From an uncultured Acidobacteriaceae bacterium (GTDB taxonomy: Bacteria; Acidobacteriota; Terriglobia; Terriglobales; Acidobacteriaceae): a DNA stretch of 64,000 nt. Positions 62,348 to 64,000 of this stretch are shown here, piece by piece (position 1 is the first letter of the stretch; every line of letters begins with the position of its first letter). The DNA is taken from NCBI GenBank assembly GCA_963837665.1, contig CAWIOA010000009.1, positions 285,661-349,660 of the forward strand. Direction: 5' to 3'. The notes beneath the pieces were generated by a model. The model was given only the letters and a program-made list of their open reading frames with translations. It was not told where the DNA came from and did not search any database. The position numbers and the translations under genes are program-made.

Positions 62348-64000
62348 ATGAGTATGGACGAGCACAAGACAAAAGCGGCCGGAACCGATGTTTGCCCGAG
62401 CAAGCGCAAGCAGCTTGATTTCGCGACCGTGAAGGCCCAGTTCGAAGAGACGATCGAGGAGACGACCGGGCCCGAGTACTGGCGCAGCCTGGAAGAACTG
62501 GCCGGTAGCGAAGAATTTCAGGAAATGCTGCACCGCGAGTTCCCGAAAGGCGCTTCCGAGTGGCTCGACGATTTCTCGCGCCGCGGCTTCCTCAAGACCA
62601 TGGGAGCGTCGCTGGCGCTCGCCGGGTTGACGGGTTGCACGCGGCTGCCTACTACCGAGATCGTGCCTTATGTGCGGCAACCGGAGAACGTGATTCCCGG
62701 CCGCCCGATGTTCTACGCGACCGCGTTCACACTCGGCGGTTATGCTTCGCCGATTCTGGTTGAAAGCCATCTTTTCCGTCCGACAAAAGTTGAGGGCAAT
62801 CCACAGCACCCGGCGAGTCTCGGCGGCACCGACATTTACGCGCAGGCCTCCATCCTTGATCTTTATGACCCCGACCGGGCGCAGAACATCACCTACCTGG
62901 GCGACGTTCGATCGTGGAATGCGTTCATGGAAGCCGTTCGCGGCCCCATCAATGTGCAGAAAAGCCTGGCGGGCGGCGGCGTCCGCATCCTGACGCAGAC
63001 CGTTACTTCGCCCACGCTGGCGGCGCAGATTCGCAGTTATCTGGCGGCGAATCCGATGGCCAAGTGGCATGTCTACGAGCCGATCAACCGCGACAATGTC
63101 TATGAAGGCGCGAAGCTAGCGTTTGGCGAGCCGGTCGAGACGCGCTACGACTTGTCGAAGGCCGACGTCGTTGTCTCGCTCGACGCCGACTTCCTCTACG
63201 CCGGCTTCCCTGGCTCGGCGCGCTACACGCGTGATTTCGCGGCGCGGCGGAATCCAGACGGGAATATGAACCGGCTGTATGTCATCGAAAGCACGCCGAG
63301 TTCGACGGGGATGAAGGCGGACCACCGGCTGCCGATGCGGGCAGGAGATGTCGAAAATTTTGCGCGGATCTCGCTCTTTCCCCAACACGCTGATGAGTGG
63401 GGATCTCGCCTGGGTTTAACCGACGAGCAGCGGCGATTTGCCGCCGCCGTTGGAAAGGATCTGGCGGATCATCGTGGTGCAGGCGTTGTGATCGCAGGGG
63501 AACATCAGCCTCCCGTGGTGCATGCGTGGGCGCATGTCATGAATACCGAGCTTGGCAACGTCGGCAAGACGGTCTTTTATACCGACCCAGTCGACGCCAA
63601 TCCCGTCAATCGCAACGAGTCGCTGCACGCGCTCACGGAAGATATTCGCGCCGGCAAAGTTGATCTGCTGCTGATTCTGGGTGGAAACCCCGCTTACGAC
63701 GCGCCCGCAGAACTCGAATTCGCTTCGGCGCTGAAATCAAATGCCGTTAATTTGAAAGTATTTCTCGGGTCGCATCGCAACGAGACCGCCGAACTTTGCC
63801 ATTGGCATGTACCGGAAGCACACTACCTCGAGTCGTGGAGCGATGCCCGCGCCTGCGATGGGACGGTCAGCATTATCCAGCCGCTGATCGAGCCGCTTTA
63901 CGGCGGCAAGAGCGCGCACGAAATCATTACCATTCTCGCGGGTCAGTCCGGTTTCACTGGGCACGATCTCGTTCAGGCTTACTGGCAGAAACAACACAGT
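62348..64000 (+). CDS. actB: Molybdopterin-oxidoreductase-like Fe-S subunit, alternative complex III ActB-like, N-terminal part (continues past window end)
   Basis: Own translation from ATG 62348: MSMDEHKTKAAG...GPEYWRSLEELAGSEEFQEMLHREFPKGASEWLDDFSRRGFLKTMGASLALAGLTGC (Tat-type signal) ...PYVRQPENVIPGRPMFYATAF. The frame stays open to the end of the window. Confidence 0.78.
   Translation, partial: MSMDEHKTKAAGTDVCPSKRKQLDFATVKAQFEETIEETTGPEYWRSLEELAGSEEFQEMLHREFPKGASEWLDDFSRRGFLKTMGASLALAGLTGCTRLPTTEIVPYVRQPENVIPGRPMFYATAFTLGGYASPILVESHLFRPTKVEGNPQHPASLGGTDIYAQASILDLYDPDRAQNITYLGDVRSWNAFMEAVRGPINVQKSLAGGGVRILTQTVTSPTLAAQIRSYLAANPMAKWHVYEPINRDNVYEGAKLAFGEPVETRYDLSKADVVVSLDADFLYAGFPGSARYTRDFAARRNPDGNMNRLYVIESTPSSTGMKADHRLPMRAGDVENFARISLFPQHADEWGSRLGLTDEQRRFAAAVGKDLADHRGAGVVIAGEHQPPVVHAWAHVMNTELGNVGKTVFYTDPVDANPVNRNESLHALTEDIRAGKVDLLLILGGNPAYDAPAELEFASALKSNAVNLKVFLGSHRNETAELCHWHVPEAHYLESWSDARACDGTVSIIQPLIEPLYGGKSAHEIITILAGQSGFTGHDLVQAYWQKQHS

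Overview
GC-rich (about 60% by eye) chromosomal segment. Gene content looks Acidobacteriota/Terriglobia-like: carboxypeptidase-regulatory-domain TonB receptors, GloVer-repeat secreted proteins, an ECF sigma/Ser-Thr kinase pair and alternative complex III. Most of the window is housekeeping: rsmI (partial), recA, coaD, an aminotransferase, a mannose/GDP-mannose block (manA-like, mannose-1-P guanylyltransferase, PGM/PMM), kdsB, mfd, galU, purE, purD, mntR-mntH, acnA, and actA plus the start of actB. Four regions stand out. (1) An accessory stretch runs from tRNA-Met(CAT) at 11300 to a degenerate copy of that tRNA's 3' end at about 23445. It carries two large secreted repeat proteins, two back-to-back IS110-family elements and a translationally coupled ECF sigma/kinase pair. 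(2) A GntR/HutC-regulated locus (23.7-33.5 kb) looks like a peptidoglycan-fragment salvage system: TonB receptor, MurQ, a Tat-signal L-Ala-D/L-Glu epimerase-like protein and a YkfC-like NlpC/P60 peptidase. Two near-identical 16-bp operator palindromes mark it. (3) Two apparently identical 1879-nt group II introns with IIC-like features are present. One splits the TonB receptor ORF so that splicing would restore a conserved FFFFNYEG motif. The other sits immediately after an intrinsic terminator. (4) A dispersed family of intergenic hairpin elements has arms built from tandem 7-8-nt units that differ between loci while each pair stays complementary. No CRISPR array, rRNA or recognisable defence operon was found. 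All calls come from reading the sequence and the ORF track; no searches were run.
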